Position numbers and translations under genes: made by a program
NCBI GenBank assembly: GCA_051546255.1
Contig: CP128820.1
Location: 1 to 64,000, forward strand
From: Meyerozyma guilliermondii
Lineage: Eukaryota
Direction: 5' to 3'
Length of the DNA: 64,000 nt
Shown here: positions 30,159 to 40,278 of the stretch, piece after piece
Layout: each line of letters starts with the position of its first letter
Position numbering within the stretch: position 1 is the stretch's first letter
Notes under the pieces: generated by a model
Told to the model about the DNA's origin: nothing
Database searches by the model: none
What the model saw: only the letters and a program-made list of their open reading frames with translations

Positions 30159-31769
30159 TTAAAACTGAAAGTTTTGCTGGTTCTGGACCCCAAACCCAAA
30201 TGCATCGCCATACGCCTGGGGCGCAACGCTATCCTCGTCGATCTGGTCGTCCTCCTCTGAAAAGTACTTCTCAATAATTCTGTATGCCTTCTCGTAAACC
30301 TTTTCGTTCTCATTACCTTGACACTCAAAGATCTTCTCCATGCCACCTGCCTCTTCGATGAAAAGTGCATTTTCGTTGACATTCAGCCCGCGCGCCTCCT
30401 TGTCGAGCTCGCCCATCTTGAGGATGTTCTCGAGCGAATCTAACGTCACCTCGATAATCTTAGGGTCGGCCACCGCCAAAAGGTCGCATAACGGCTTGAT
30501 GCATCCTTGGCTAACAAGGTACCGAATTTGGTCGGGGCGAGTAAGTCCGCCCAGAGACGCATTGGAAATGGCCCAGCATGCCTCCTTCTTCGTTTTGTAG
30601 TCGCCAGAAACCAACAACCGGATTATTTGCGGAATCAAGTTGGCATCGATAACTGCTTGGATTTGGTCCGAGTTACCAGCGGTGATATTGGAGATGGTCC
30701 AACACGCCTCTTTTCTGATGGTTTCCTTGGGCGAGTTCAACAATGGAGCCAACGCAGGGAGCACACCGGCATTGATGACGATCTGAGTCTGGTAGTCGTT
30801 TCCCGTGACAATGTTACCAATGGCACGTAAAGCCGGGGTCTGCACCAAATTGGATTCATGTCCCAACAACTCCACGAGTCTATGGGGAATCCGGGCGTCC
30901 ACCACCGCCTGGATGGCCTCGGTGGTTCCATCGGAAAGGTAAGACACCGCCCAGCAAGCATCAACCAACGTTTCGGCGTCCACCGAATATATCAATTTAG
31001 CAAGTGTAGGAATTGCCTGTTGCACCGTCAGCCAGTCCGGTTGCGGGTTTTTACCACGACACAAGTTGGACAACGTCCATGTAGCGGTTCGGATTAACAG
31101 CATCTTGGTGGTGTTGAATAACTCCAAAACCGGCTGCATTGCCTGGCACGCAAGCACATAATCACGATACTCCGAAGAGTCTCCTGCAACATTTCCCAAC
31201 GCCCAAATAGCCTGTTCCTTCACCTCCATCGACTGCGAGTACAAAAGGTCTACGAAAAGTGGCACCGCACCCAGCTCCACCACCACTCGAGTCTGGTCGG
31301 AGTTTCCCGATGCAATGTTGGTGAGGGCCCACGCCGCCTCCAACTGCAACATATCCGGGTGGTTGGGCCGCATGAACTCCACCAACGTGGGGATTACACC
31401 ACTTTGAATCACAAGGTTGATGGGAGGATTGTTTTCCCGCGATAAGATTTGGCGGAACTTGACGGTGGCAGCAAGTTGGCTGTCAAAATCGTTGGTTTGG
31501 ATCATTTCCATCATCCGAGGAAGATCCTGCTGGAGCTTACCATAAAACTGGTCCTCGTCCAGCCCAGGAACCGGCTCTTCTTCGTCTTCCGAGTCATTGG
31601 CGGTGTAATTTCGACGTTTCGACAATGCTTCTTCCCTCTTTTGTTTCCGGAGATCCACTTGATGGGTCTCTCTTCTCCGCCTGAGCTCATCGCTCTGGAA
31701 CCGTCCTTTGTTCTTGAAGTTCGTACGCCTATATTCAGGCACAAATCTTGACGTGGCGTCGGAATCCAT
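30159..31769 (-). CDS. SRP1: Importin alpha (karyopherin alpha)
   Basis: IBB domain ELRRRR...[14 protein letters not shown] and ARM repeats [37 protein letters not shown]. Confidence 0.97.
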   Translation of the reverse strand: MDSDATSRFVPEYRRTNFKNKGRFQSDELRRRRETHQVDLRKQKREEALSKRRNYTANDSEDEEEPVPGLDEDQFYGKLQQDLPRMMEMIQTNDFDSQLAATVKFRQILSRENNPPINLVIQSGVIPTLVEFMRPNHPDMLQLEAAWALTNIASGNSDQTRVVVELGAVPLFVDLLYSQSMEVKEQAIWALGNVAGDSSEYRDYVLACQAMQPVLELFNTTKMLLIRTATWTLSNLCRGKNPQPDWLTVQQAIPTLAKLIYSVDAETLVDACWAVSYLSDGTTEAIQAVVDARIPHRLVELLGHESNLVQTPALRAIGNIVTGNDYQTQIVINAGVLPALAPLLNSPKETIRKEACWTISNITAGNSDQIQAVIDANLIPQIIRLLVSGDYKTKKEACWAISNASLGGLTRPDQIRYLVSQGCIKPLCDLLAVADPKIIEVTLDSLENILKMGELDKEARGLNVNENALFIEEAGGMEKIFECQGNENEKVYEKAYRIIEKYFSEEDDQIDEDSVAPQAYGDAFGFGVQNQQNFQF

Positions 31770-31865
31770 GATAAAGAAGGAGTTTGAACGTCAAGAAAAA
31801 AAAAACTTTTGCGCGCGCTCTAAGTCATGTGCGAACTTCAGATTCTTTTGGTTATAGTAAGAATA

Positions 31866-32618
31866 ATGATGTGGGTGCTGGCGGTAAAATATAAACCTCT
31901 GGCGGTGCTGGCGACTCTCAGACACTTGTCTCATACCACTGTATCACGGAGTAGCTTCAGAACAGACTCAAATGTCGAAACTGACGAAATCTCATCGTCC
32001 AATGATCCATGGTCTCCTACCCTACTTTCCGATACCGTTTACATTCGGACCCCAAACTCGCTTCGTTCTCACCCATTACCGGGCTACCGGCTCTCGTACT
32101 CACCGCTATACGAAGCCCCGGGTTCCAAATATGTTGCAATGATGAAAAGACTCACTCTTAGTTTCGCCGTGCTTGGCTGCTACGGTGCCAAATTATTCTA
32201 CGAACTGGCTCAATTTGACGATTTGTACGCTTTGGCCACGTTGGTGGGCTGCTGGACCCCTACGGCTGTGGTACAGTACAAAACCAAGGACTACGTAACC
32301 CGAATTTTTCGACTTTATTCGAAGGACAAGCCACAGACATTGGAAAATCTTGTAAATGACGAAAAACTCATTTTGGAAAAACTCAATGCCACCGGCGGCC
32401 GAACTTATAATTGCTTGGTGAACGTCGACTCGTCGCTTCAGTTGGACAAACCACCAAAGTGGCTGAGACCGTATTCTTCCTGGAAAGACATCGAGCCCAC
32501 CACTGGAAAAACTCGCCATTTTTACGTTGCTGATGATATGGGAGGAGTCAAAATGGACAGATTGTGGGGGATTGTGGAGCACAACTCGGGTGTGGACAAC
32601 GGACGATATATAAAGTGA
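31866..32618 (+). CDS. Probable mitochondrial inner-membrane protein (possibly TMEM70/186/223-like)
   Basis: Ser/Arg-rich presequence once CTG is read as Ser; LYEAPGSKYVAMMKRLTLSF followed by two hydrophobic segments and YVTRIF. Family call is tentative. Confidence 0.55.
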   Translation: MMWVLAVKYKPLAVLATLRHLSHTTVSRSSFRTDSNVETDEISSSNDPWSPTLLSDTVYIRTPNSLRSHPLPGYRLSYSPLYEAPGSKYVAMMKRLTLSFAVLGCYGAKLFYELAQFDDLYALATLVGCWTPTAVVQYKTKDYVTRIFRLYSKDKPQTLENLVNDEKLILEKLNATGGRTYNCLVNVDSSLQLDKPPKWLRPYSSWKDIEPTTGKTRHFYVADDMGGVKMDRLWGIVEHNSGVDNGRYIK

Positions 32619-33196
32619 GGAAGAGAAAGGGGAAGAAAGACGAAGGGAAAGAAGGTAAGGAGGAAGGAAGGTAAAGAACGAGATTATGAGGCACTAACTT
32701 TTTCTGGAATGCCAGCGGCGCTTTCTTGGATCACAACGAAGAACTGCCAATGGTTACCACTATGGATTCTCGACAGCTACTGCTCACCACTGTATATAGA
32801 CCGCATGAGCTGGAGCTGAGCTGGAGCTGAGCTGCCAATGAACTGACCGATGGGCTAAAGCCAATGAAGCTAGAAGGTTGGTTACGAAGCTATTTTAAAT
32901 ATGGCTCACTGCCACTGCTACAACCCATTGTTACTACACCTACTGCTATCTTATTGCTACCTCTTTATTTGCTAATACTTGCTTTTCTCTTGGTTATCTC
33001 ACTGCAGTTTCACTGCGAATTCACTGCGAATTCACTGCGAATTCACCGCTCGCTGTGCTCGCCAGTGAATTCTGTGCTCGCGGTGAATTCTGGCTCGCGG
33101 TGAATCTGCCGCGGTGAACTTTTCGCAGCCTTATTTCGTGCCGCTCACTTAGTTCGCGGCGTTACTTCTCGCGGTGTTCACTCTCACGGCGTTTTC

Positions 33197-34297
33197 ATGG
33201 ACGATTCTCCCCACCCCCCAGCAGCCCCCAACCCCGATGCCGGCGAGGCCAAGGCTACCGTGCCGGTCAAGCAAGATGATCAGACACAACATAATACTCG
33301 ACTAAACGCACTTTTGTACCACACTTCCAATGATTCAATCGACCTCTACAAGAAGGAAAACAACTCACTGGATCTTATGGGTCGGCTTTACTTTGACGAC
33401 TATGATTCCGACTCTGTGGTTTCTTCGGGTGCTGTTTCGCCAGTAGTACAACTGCCGGGCGCCACTGTGCCGTCAATGGAGTATTTTAATACTCGTCTTG
33501 ACCCACTTTTTGAAGCACTCAAAAAACCAGAACGACCCGAATTCGAACGGGGAATTTCGTTTTCCGACTCAAGAAGCGTCACCTTCAAGGTCAAGCACCC
33601 CCAATTCAAGTTCCGTCGTAATAACAAGACTTTTCTTGCTGGGTTCAACGACGAACCGCTGTCTCTCAAAGCCATCGAATGGCTCTACGACGAAATGATC
33701 ATCAATGGCGACACATTGATAGTTCTCAGGGTGCTCGACGAAAAGACTCACACCTCCATAGACAATGCTGCTGCCAGCGCCAGTCTCAAACGGCTCCAGT
33801 CGCTCAACGCCCACAGCAAGAAGATCCTGATGGTGTTCGAGACCACCATTGGAAAACCCAAAAAGCTCTTAAAGCGAGCAATTGACGAGTACAAACCGGC
33901 TATGATGGCCATAGGCACCCGCCATACCGACCAGCATGTCCAGCACCGTTCGTTTCTTGCCAAAGAGCTGATGCTGAAACACTTTTTGGAGTGTGCGCTC
34001 GTTCCAGTAATTGTGGTAAAACCTACATGGCGCTACGTGGAGCAACTAGAACATCCCATAGACTCGGAGACATACTTCCACGATTGGATCGTCAGCATAG
34101 ATATCGACGGAAGCTACAGAAAAAAGAAAAAGAAAGGGTTCCTCAGCCCATCGCTGTCGCACACCAGTCTCGCATCGGCCAGCGAAAGAGGCCGAAATCT
34201 TGCACCCAAACCGTCCAACGAGTTTTTTTTCGCTGACTCGCTGCGGTCTCGGTCGCGGTCCCAGTCCAAGACCCGGTTCCGAATCTTCGGCCACTGA
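33197..34297 (+). CDS. Universal stress protein (USP)-domain protein
   Basis: RGISF, KTFLAGF...SLKAIEWL..EMIINGDTLIVLRV, GKPKKLL...AIGTR and VPVIVVKP. Confidence 0.8.
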   Translation: MDDSPHPPAAPNPDAGEAKATVPVKQDDQTQHNTRLNALLYHTSNDSIDLYKKENNSLDLMGRLYFDDYDSDSVVSSGAVSPVVQLPGATVPSMEYFNTRLDPLFEALKKPERPEFERGISFSDSRSVTFKVKHPQFKFRRNNKTFLAGFNDEPLSLKAIEWLYDEMIINGDTLIVLRVLDEKTHTSIDNAAASASLKRLQSLNAHSKKILMVFETTIGKPKKLLKRAIDEYKPAMMAIGTRHTDQHVQHRSFLAKELMLKHFLECALVPVIVVKPTWRYVEQLEHPIDSETYFHDWIVSIDIDGSYRKKKKKGFLSPSLSHTSLASASERGRNLAPKPSNEFFFADSLRSRSRSQSKTRFRIFGH

Positions 34298-34393
34298 CCC
34301 CACATTACGGCATATAGGGGTCAGAATATTTTCCTTTAGTTGCGAGCAATTTTTCGCAATCAATTTCGCACACAAACTTTCAAGTTCCACTTC

Positions 34394-35053
34394 ATGCGAT
34401 CAGTAGGTAACAGGGCCGCCCTCGTGGTCGACTTGGCATCTCTTGCGATCGGAGGCTGGGGTCTCTGGACAAACATCCATTATGAGCTCCCGCACCACTT
34501 GGCCGATGCCGGGCATTGGCAGTTTCTCACCAACATCTCGTTGGCTTACTCACTCCTAGTGTTTGCCCTTGGGTTCCTAGCCCACGCTCTATACTCGCAA
34601 CCCATCTTTTCCCTCAAAAATTCCCTTCATCCCATCGCCTTGACCATGGAAATGATCGTGGCTTCGGTCTACTGGCCACTTAGATTATTCTTTTTACACT
34701 TGTTGGTGGACGACGTCAGCCGGTTCACCTTCCCTGTCCAAGTGGACTTGGCTATCCATCTATTGCCGGTGGTGGCATTGGCCGCGGACTATATACTATT
34801 TATGCCTCCATGGACCATCACCACTCGCTCGGCTCTATTGGGGTGCGCGGGAATCACCGTGGCTTACTGGTTCCATTTGGCGAGATTGATCGATATGTCC
34901 AAGGGAGCCATGTACCCGTACCAGTTTTTGAACGTGGAGGACGATACCGTGCGGGGGTCGATTTTTGTCATTGTGGGATTGGTGGGATTTCTGATGTTTT
35001 TGGTGGCTCGCCAGCTCCACGGGTGGATTGTTCCCAAGCAAAAATTGGAATAG
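34394..35053 (+). CDS. FAR-17a/AIG1/ADTRP-family membrane hydrolase-like protein
   Basis: GHWQFLTNI, ASVYWPL, DLAIHLLP, YPYQFL. Confidence 0.85.
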   Translation: MRSVGNRAALVVDLASLAIGGWGLWTNIHYELPHHLADAGHWQFLTNISLAYSLLVFALGFLAHALYSQPIFSLKNSLHPIALTMEMIVASVYWPLRLFFLHLLVDDVSRFTFPVQVDLAIHLLPVVALAADYILFMPPWTITTRSALLGCAGITVAYWFHLARLIDMSKGAMYPYQFLNVEDDTVRGSIFVIVGLVGFLMFLVARQLHGWIVPKQKLE

Positions 35054-35060
35054 CCGAGGC

Positions 35061-35687
35061 CTAGCGCCGCCTAAATGTCTTCTTTGCAAAGTAGTCTGCT
35101 GCTGCCAACGACCCAAACAAAACCAACAACACCAGTCGTTTTCCCATACTGGCATTGCTCAAAAATGGATAAGGAAATTTCGTCACTCCATCGCCGCGAC
35201 ACCACCACATATGGGCCTCGATAACCGCCCAATAAACCACCAACACCGCCTCTGCCACCACAATCGAGTGGCGTCGGCTCCGGTACCGGTTCCAGCTAGC
35301 GTCTATAGTCAAGAATATATAGGGAAAAAGGTGGATTTTGAGATCAAGTAACAATGACACTTCAAACGAGTCCACGTTGAGCAGGTACGGGAACACCCAC
35401 AACATCACCCAGTAAGCTACCGTCACCACAAACTCCAAGTGTGCACACGCAAGCATCGCCACCGTAACCATGGAGTCCAATTGGTCATAATACCATAGTT
35501 TTTTGTTGGCAACGTCGATGGCTATTCGACTGCCCACAGCTATACAGGTGAAAAATAACGCTACGTTTGTCAAAAATTGCCAGCAGCCTCCCGTGGCCAA
35601 ATGGGGCGGAAGGGGAAGCCGGGCAGAGTCCTGGAGGCCGCTTAAGCATATGGCTATGTACACGAAGCGCACCACATTGTTCCACAT
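35061..35687 (-). CDS. FAR-17a/AIG1/ADTRP-family protein, second paralog
   Basis: GGCWQFLTNV, TVAYW, DLKIHLFP, FPYPFL. Confidence 0.82.
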   Translation of the reverse strand: MWNNVVRFVYIAICLSGLQDSARLPLPPHLATGGCWQFLTNVALFFTCIAVGSRIAIDVANKKLWYYDQLDSMVTVAMLACAHLEFVVTVAYWVMLWVFPYLLNVDSFEVSLLLDLKIHLFPYIFLTIDASWNRYRSRRHSIVVAEAVLVVYWAVIEAHMWWCRGDGVTKFPYPFLSNASMGKRLVLLVLFGSLAAADYFAKKTFRRR

Positions 35688-35744
35688 TAAAGTGCGAAGG
35701 AGAAGAAATTTAAAGTGCGAAATTGATTTTCTCATCTAGTGATA

Positions 35745-37049
35745 ATGTGGGGTATACTGCTATTGACACTTTTGTGGGTATTTTGTGGGGCCCAGGGGCT
35801 CATTCCGCCACAACAACCACTAGTGTTTCCCAAATATCACAACGAAAAAGTCGTAAGAATCACAGAAGACCCAAAAAATGTGGTCCTGTTGCTCACATCG
35901 GCAAACAACATCACCTACAAAAAATGGGGTTCCAGCACATCCGAGAAGTTTGTTGATATCCATGTGGACGAGGACAACTACGCGGCTCTCCAGCTGTTCC
36001 TGTTTCGCCACAAGGTTATTATTGAAAATTTGGCACAGGCAATTGCCGAAACCATGCCGCAACAGTCGGATTCCGTGGTAGAGACAACACAAATTCAACC
36101 ACTTTCGGAGATTTTCTTCAGAGAATACCGCCCATTGGAGACCATAGATGCCTGGTTGGACATCTTGCAACAAACTTTCCCGGACATCCTTCTGGTGGAA
36201 GAAATCGGACAGACCTATGAGCATCGTGCACTCAAAATCGTCCATATTTCTCGCCCTTCCGACATCGACCACGACAAGAAAAAAACCGTGGTGGTCACTG
36301 GAGGCACCCATGCCCGCGAGTGGATCTCGGTATCGTCTGTTTGTTACGCCATTTACCAGTTACTTCAACTTTACCTTGAAGAGCCCAACAAGATTTCTGA
36401 ACAATTGGACTTTCTTTTCATTCCCGTGATGAACCCCGACGGATATGCGTACACATGGACCGAGGACCGGCTCTGGAAGAAAAACCGCCAGGAAACACAT
36501 CTTCCCAAGTGCTTTGGAATCGATATCGACCACTCGTTCGACTACCATTGGACCCGATCTTCCGACTGGGCTTGCGGCGAAGAATACTCGGGAGAATCTC
36601 CCTTTGAGGCCCTAGAGGCCCGTATGTGGCACCAGTACCTCAACGATACCAATCACGACCACAAAATTTACGGCTACATTGACCTACATTCGTACTCACA
36701 AGAGGTGCTTTATCCGTATGCTTTTTCATGTACAGAGCAGCCTCGTGACGAGGAAAACTTGATTGAACTCGCGTACGGCATCTCCAAAACGATCAGAAGG
36801 CAATCGGGAAAAAACTACAATGTGTTACCAGCATGCATTGATAAGGACCTGGATCTTCTTCCCGATTTGGGCAGTGGAAGTGCGCTCGATTTTATGTACC
36901 ATAATAAGGCATACTGGGCATACCAATTGAAGCTTAGAGACTCTGGGAGTCACGGCTTTTTGCTACCCAGCAAATACATCGAACCGGTGGGCCGCGAGGT
37001 GGCAGCTGCTATCCGGTACTTTTGCACCTTTATCTTGAGCGATGAATAA
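35745..37049 (+). CDS. ECM14: M14 metallocarboxypeptidase-like pseudopeptidase
   Basis: Signal peptide and propeptide; HAREW and DLHSYSQ zinc ligands; DIDHSF; Lys replaces the catalytic Glu in YQLKLRD, as in Ecm14. Confidence 0.92.
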   Translation: MWGILLLTLLWVFCGAQGLIPPQQPLVFPKYHNEKVVRITEDPKNVVLLLTSANNITYKKWGSSTSEKFVDIHVDEDNYAALQLFLFRHKVIIENLAQAIAETMPQQSDSVVETTQIQPLSEIFFREYRPLETIDAWLDILQQTFPDILLVEEIGQTYEHRALKIVHISRPSDIDHDKKKTVVVTGGTHAREWISVSSVCYAIYQLLQLYLEEPNKISEQLDFLFIPVMNPDGYAYTWTEDRLWKKNRQETHLPKCFGIDIDHSFDYHWTRSSDWACGEEYSGESPFEALEARMWHQYLNDTNHDHKIYGYIDLHSYSQEVLYPYAFSCTEQPRDEENLIELAYGISKTIRRQSGKNYNVLPACIDKDLDLLPDLGSGSALDFMYHNKAYWAYQLKLRDSGSHGFLLPSKYIEPVGREVAAAIRYFCTFILSDE

Positions 37050-37065
37050 AATATAGTGCGCGCAC

Positions 37066-37129
37066 TGAAAAATTTCTTATCATTTGTATGAGAGTAGTGA
37101 AAAATTTCTTATCTTTTGTATGAGAGTAG
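37066..37129 (+). repeat. 32-bp tandem duplication spanning an RRPE-like element and the DTD1 start codon
   Basis: tgaaaaatttcttatc(a/t)tttgtatgagagtag occurs twice with one mismatch. Confidence 0.9.
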
Positions 37130-37614
37130 TAATCCAAAAGGTCAAACGAGCGGCGGTAACCGTGGACTCGGCCGTGGTGTCGTCGATCCAAAAGGGTCTC
37201 ATGGTGCTTGTGGGCATTTCTACATCAGACACCATGGCAGACGTGGAAAAATTGCTGAAGAAAATCGTGGGGTTGCGATTATTTGAAGACTTGTCAATTG
37301 CTCCCGAAACCGCTACAAAATGGTATGGCAAGCCATGGAGCAAGAGTCTCAATGACGATCTGGCATTGGAGATCCTCTGTGTATCTCAATTCACACTTTA
37401 CGGCACTGTGAAAAAAGGATCCAAACCGGACTTTCATCGGGCTGCAAAAGGTCAAGAAGCTCGACAATTGTACGATAGTTTTCTCGACCAATTGCGTGGT
37501 TCCTTGGGCAACGAAAGAGTGAAAGACGGAGAGTTTGGAGCGATGATGGACGTGGAGCTTGTAAATGACGGTCCGGTGACAATTGTATGGGATACGCAGA
37601 AAACTGACTTGTAA
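37120..37614 (+). CDS. DTD1: D-aminoacyl-tRNA deacylase
   Basis: MRVVIQKV, SQFTLYG, KGSKPDFH, GEFGAMM, NDGPVT (Gly-cisPro motif). Confidence 0.96.
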   Translation: MRVVIQKVKRAAVTVDSAVVSSIQKGLMVLVGISTSDTMADVEKLLKKIVGLRLFEDLSIAPETATKWYGKPWSKSLNDDLALEILCVSQFTLYGTVKKGSKPDFHRAAKGQEARQLYDSFLDQLRGSLGNERVKDGEFGAMMDVELVNDGPVTIVWDTQKTDL

Positions 37615-37728
37615 GAAAATCCGACTTAAATTGAAGCATAGACAGAAAATCAAATTAATGGTAGACCAGCAAACTAGACAAAAACTGAAAAGCCGCTGAT
37701 CAAACGAATATTATATAGTTTCACGGAA

Positions 37729-39201
37729 CTAAAGACCGTTGCTGACACAGGTAAATGCCTTACCATAGGCACCGGCTTGGTACGACCATATGATACTCTG
37801 CACGGTCGCATAGAGACCTGGACCCAAAATATAGAACCCAATAGCCACCAAAGCCAAGTTGATAACATACTCCACTTTTCCCACCAAAGTCGCCCGCTTG
37901 AAAATTTGTCCCATGGTAACGTTGGGCTCACCCTGTCTTCTATAATGAAGACGTTTCAACTTAAAGTAGGCCACTCCCCAGAAAACAAATCCGAACCAAC
38001 AGTCGAACAAGGAACTCATCAACGAAAGCAAATCGGAAAAGAAAGGAATCACCTCGGCAATGATGAAGGCAAGCACCCAGAGTCCAAAGTTCAATCCGAT
38101 CCAAGTACCCCAACCCACCAAAGTGTGCTCATTTCTGTGTTGGGAGTCGTGGGAGAAGATATTATGGAAGAGGAATTGCGATGAAACGTTACCGTACAAC
38201 GCACCCAAAAACAAAATTGTAGGAAGGGCAAACGAAAACGAGATTTTCTTGTACAACGTCTTCAACGAACCAAATGCTGGCGCAGTCATGTAGGCGTTGC
38301 CCACATAAACGTAGACAATGGATCCTGCCAACGCAAAAGTGATAAGCTCGAGAAGAGTCACCACGTAAAGAGCCTTCTTAAAATCTTTAGGACGTTTCAT
38401 CTGAGAAATGAAAGACGGATAAGTGATCTGTCCGACAAAAGTGTATACAATGTTCAAAAATGCTTCCATAGCAGCCACATAAGTGGTACCTTTCTCGGGG
38501 AAAAGTCTGTATTTTACGGGAAGTCCCGTGTAGTGGCCCGGGTGGTCTTCGATACCAGCAAACACCATAGCCAAAATCACCGCGATAAACATGGTGATAG
38601 CGGAAAAGTATGCCACCGACGACATCGACGAGAAGGTTCTTGGAAGTGACATCAAGAAGCAAATAAGGGCTGTTATAACAGCAAATACAATAGCACAAAG
38701 TGAGTAATTTTCACTAATAGTGGTCCAGTATCTTGCCCCCACCAACACATGCAACGCCTGGATAAACGTATTGTTCAACAAGAAACACACGGCGGTGGCG
38801 TACCATGCCCATTTTTTGCCCCAGAAGAGATGCTGACCGATATCACACACAGTGGTAACATGAGGGTATGCCGCGCAATAGTCGCAAATGATGATACCCG
38901 TATACAACACCGTCAACGCCACGAACACCGTCAAGATGAGACCTGGAATCAATCCAAGCACGGAATAAGACCAAGGGAACGACATGATAGCAAGACAAAT
39001 ATATTCGGAAAACAACAATCCAGCCGTGCGCTGCCACGAACAATTTCTGTAGTTGATGGAGTGGCCCGATTCGGCCAATACCGCCTGCTCGAGGTAGAGT
39101 TCAGCAGACTCATCCTTGGAGCTCAACGACACCTCGTCGATAGGTTTTTCCTTTGTGGTGTCGGCCTTTACGAGCGAAGGCTGGCGATCAAGTGTCGACA
39201 T
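37729..39201 (-). CDS. Neutral amino acid transporter, Aa_trans (AAAP) family, Mtr-like
   Basis: SWQRTAGLLFSEYICLAIMSFPWSYSVLG, GQITYPSFISQMKRPKDF and IAEVIPFFSDLLSLMSSLFD. Confidence 0.9.
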   Translation of the reverse strand: MSTLDRQPSLVKADTTKEKPIDEVSLSSKDESAELYLEQAVLAESGHSINYRNCSWQRTAGLLFSEYICLAIMSFPWSYSVLGLIPGLILTVFVALTVLYTGIIICDYCAAYPHVTTVCDIGQHLFWGKKWAWYATAVCFLLNNTFIQALHVLVGARYWTTISENYSLCAIVFAVITALICFLMSLPRTFSSMSSVAYFSAITMFIAVILAMVFAGIEDHPGHYTGLPVKYRLFPEKGTTYVAAMEAFLNIVYTFVGQITYPSFISQMKRPKDFKKALYVVTLLELITFALAGSIVYVYVGNAYMTAPAFGSLKTLYKKISFSFALPTILFLGALYGNVSSQFLFHNIFSHDSQHRNEHTLVGWGTWIGLNFGLWVLAFIIAEVIPFFSDLLSLMSSLFDCWFGFVFWGVAYFKLKRLHYRRQGEPNVTMGQIFKRATLVGKVEYVINLALVAIGFYILGPGLYATVQSIIWSYQAGAYGKAFTCVSNGL

Positions 39202-39868
39202 GATGGAACGAAAAAATTATGATGAAAATTGAGCAAAAAACGTTTGTTTCATCAGGGATCCACACCTATTAATAAATCTGAATGAGGATGAGGATACGAA
39301 AACTTTTTACGCTGGAACATTTTATCGCTGACACCGATCAACTGCATACGCACGTTGCGTGCCGGATTTTTGGCCCCAATGGGGCAATTGAAAATTAGCT
39401 TTTCGCCATAGATATGCACGCCGAGAACTGTCACCGTTACGTCATCGGCGCAGATTGTTCCTTAAAGAGGGGTGGCTACTCATCGGCCCGATATTCTCGC
39501 AAAATTGTCTACTGGATTCCTGGCATCTTCTTTGACAGGCCAGTGGAGGTTCAGCACTGTATCGTCATCGTAGCGATGTATTCAACTTGTGGTGTTGCTG
39601 AGCTGTGGCGGAATTGCGTCATCTGCACTGAGGGCGTTTCATGCGGCGTGCGGGACCAATTGGTTCTATTGCTGTGCGCATACGGCGATAACAGCGGCCA
39701 AAAAATGCGACATGTGACTAAAAGTGACTGCGACCAAACACCTACAAGTAACTGCGACCATACACCTGCAACCATCTGCGAAAAAATGCGAACGCGCGCC
39801 ACCAGCCTCTGCTCGCTAATCCACTCTCTTCTCTCGCTTCTCGCTCTTCTCTCGCTTCGCTTTTCGCT

Positions 39869-40093
39869 CTATTGTGTCGCCCACGCTCCCGCTGCCACCA
39901 CCACCGCTACCGCGGCCCACGCGTACTTTGTATTAAAGTTGAACCTGTCTTGCGGATCATATTCAAAAGACTCAAAGATCGTGTTGGGCTCCAGATACGG
40001 CTCGCCACGGTCGTGGTGTGTAGTGTGGTCTTTGACGAACCACAAGGCTATGAGCGCGAGTAGCAACAAACCGAGTCTTCGACGCATTGACAT
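39869..40093 (-). CDS. Putative 74-aa membrane microprotein
   Basis: ATG start, RRR plus a hydrophobic N-terminal anchor, and a C-terminal hydrophobic tail; no homology recognised. Confidence 0.4.
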   Translation of the reverse strand: MSMRRRLGLLLLALIALWFVKDHTTHHDRGEPYLEPNTIFESFEYDPQDRFNFNTKYAWAAVAVVVAAGAWATQ

Positions 40094-40278
40094 GAAACAG
40101 TGCGATTGAATAAGTGCGAAGTAATGAACACTTAAGGAAGCGCGAACAGGAAGTGCGAACAAGAATTGAGTACCGCGAAGTCAGTCGCGTGAAGCAAAAA
40201 ACAGAGACTTTTCTCCCGCGAACTTACCGCGCGAACTTACTGCGAACTACCGAGAACTCGCGCTCCGCGCTTCGTCCT

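Noticed and set aside
35745..37049. Missing catalytic Glu in the carboxypeptidase as a novelty
   Set aside because: Known property of Ecm14 pseudopeptidases.
39414..40109. 231-aa plus-strand ORF
   Set aside because: Runs through promoter-like and CT-rich low-complexity sequence, antisense to a more plausible small ORF, with no domain features.
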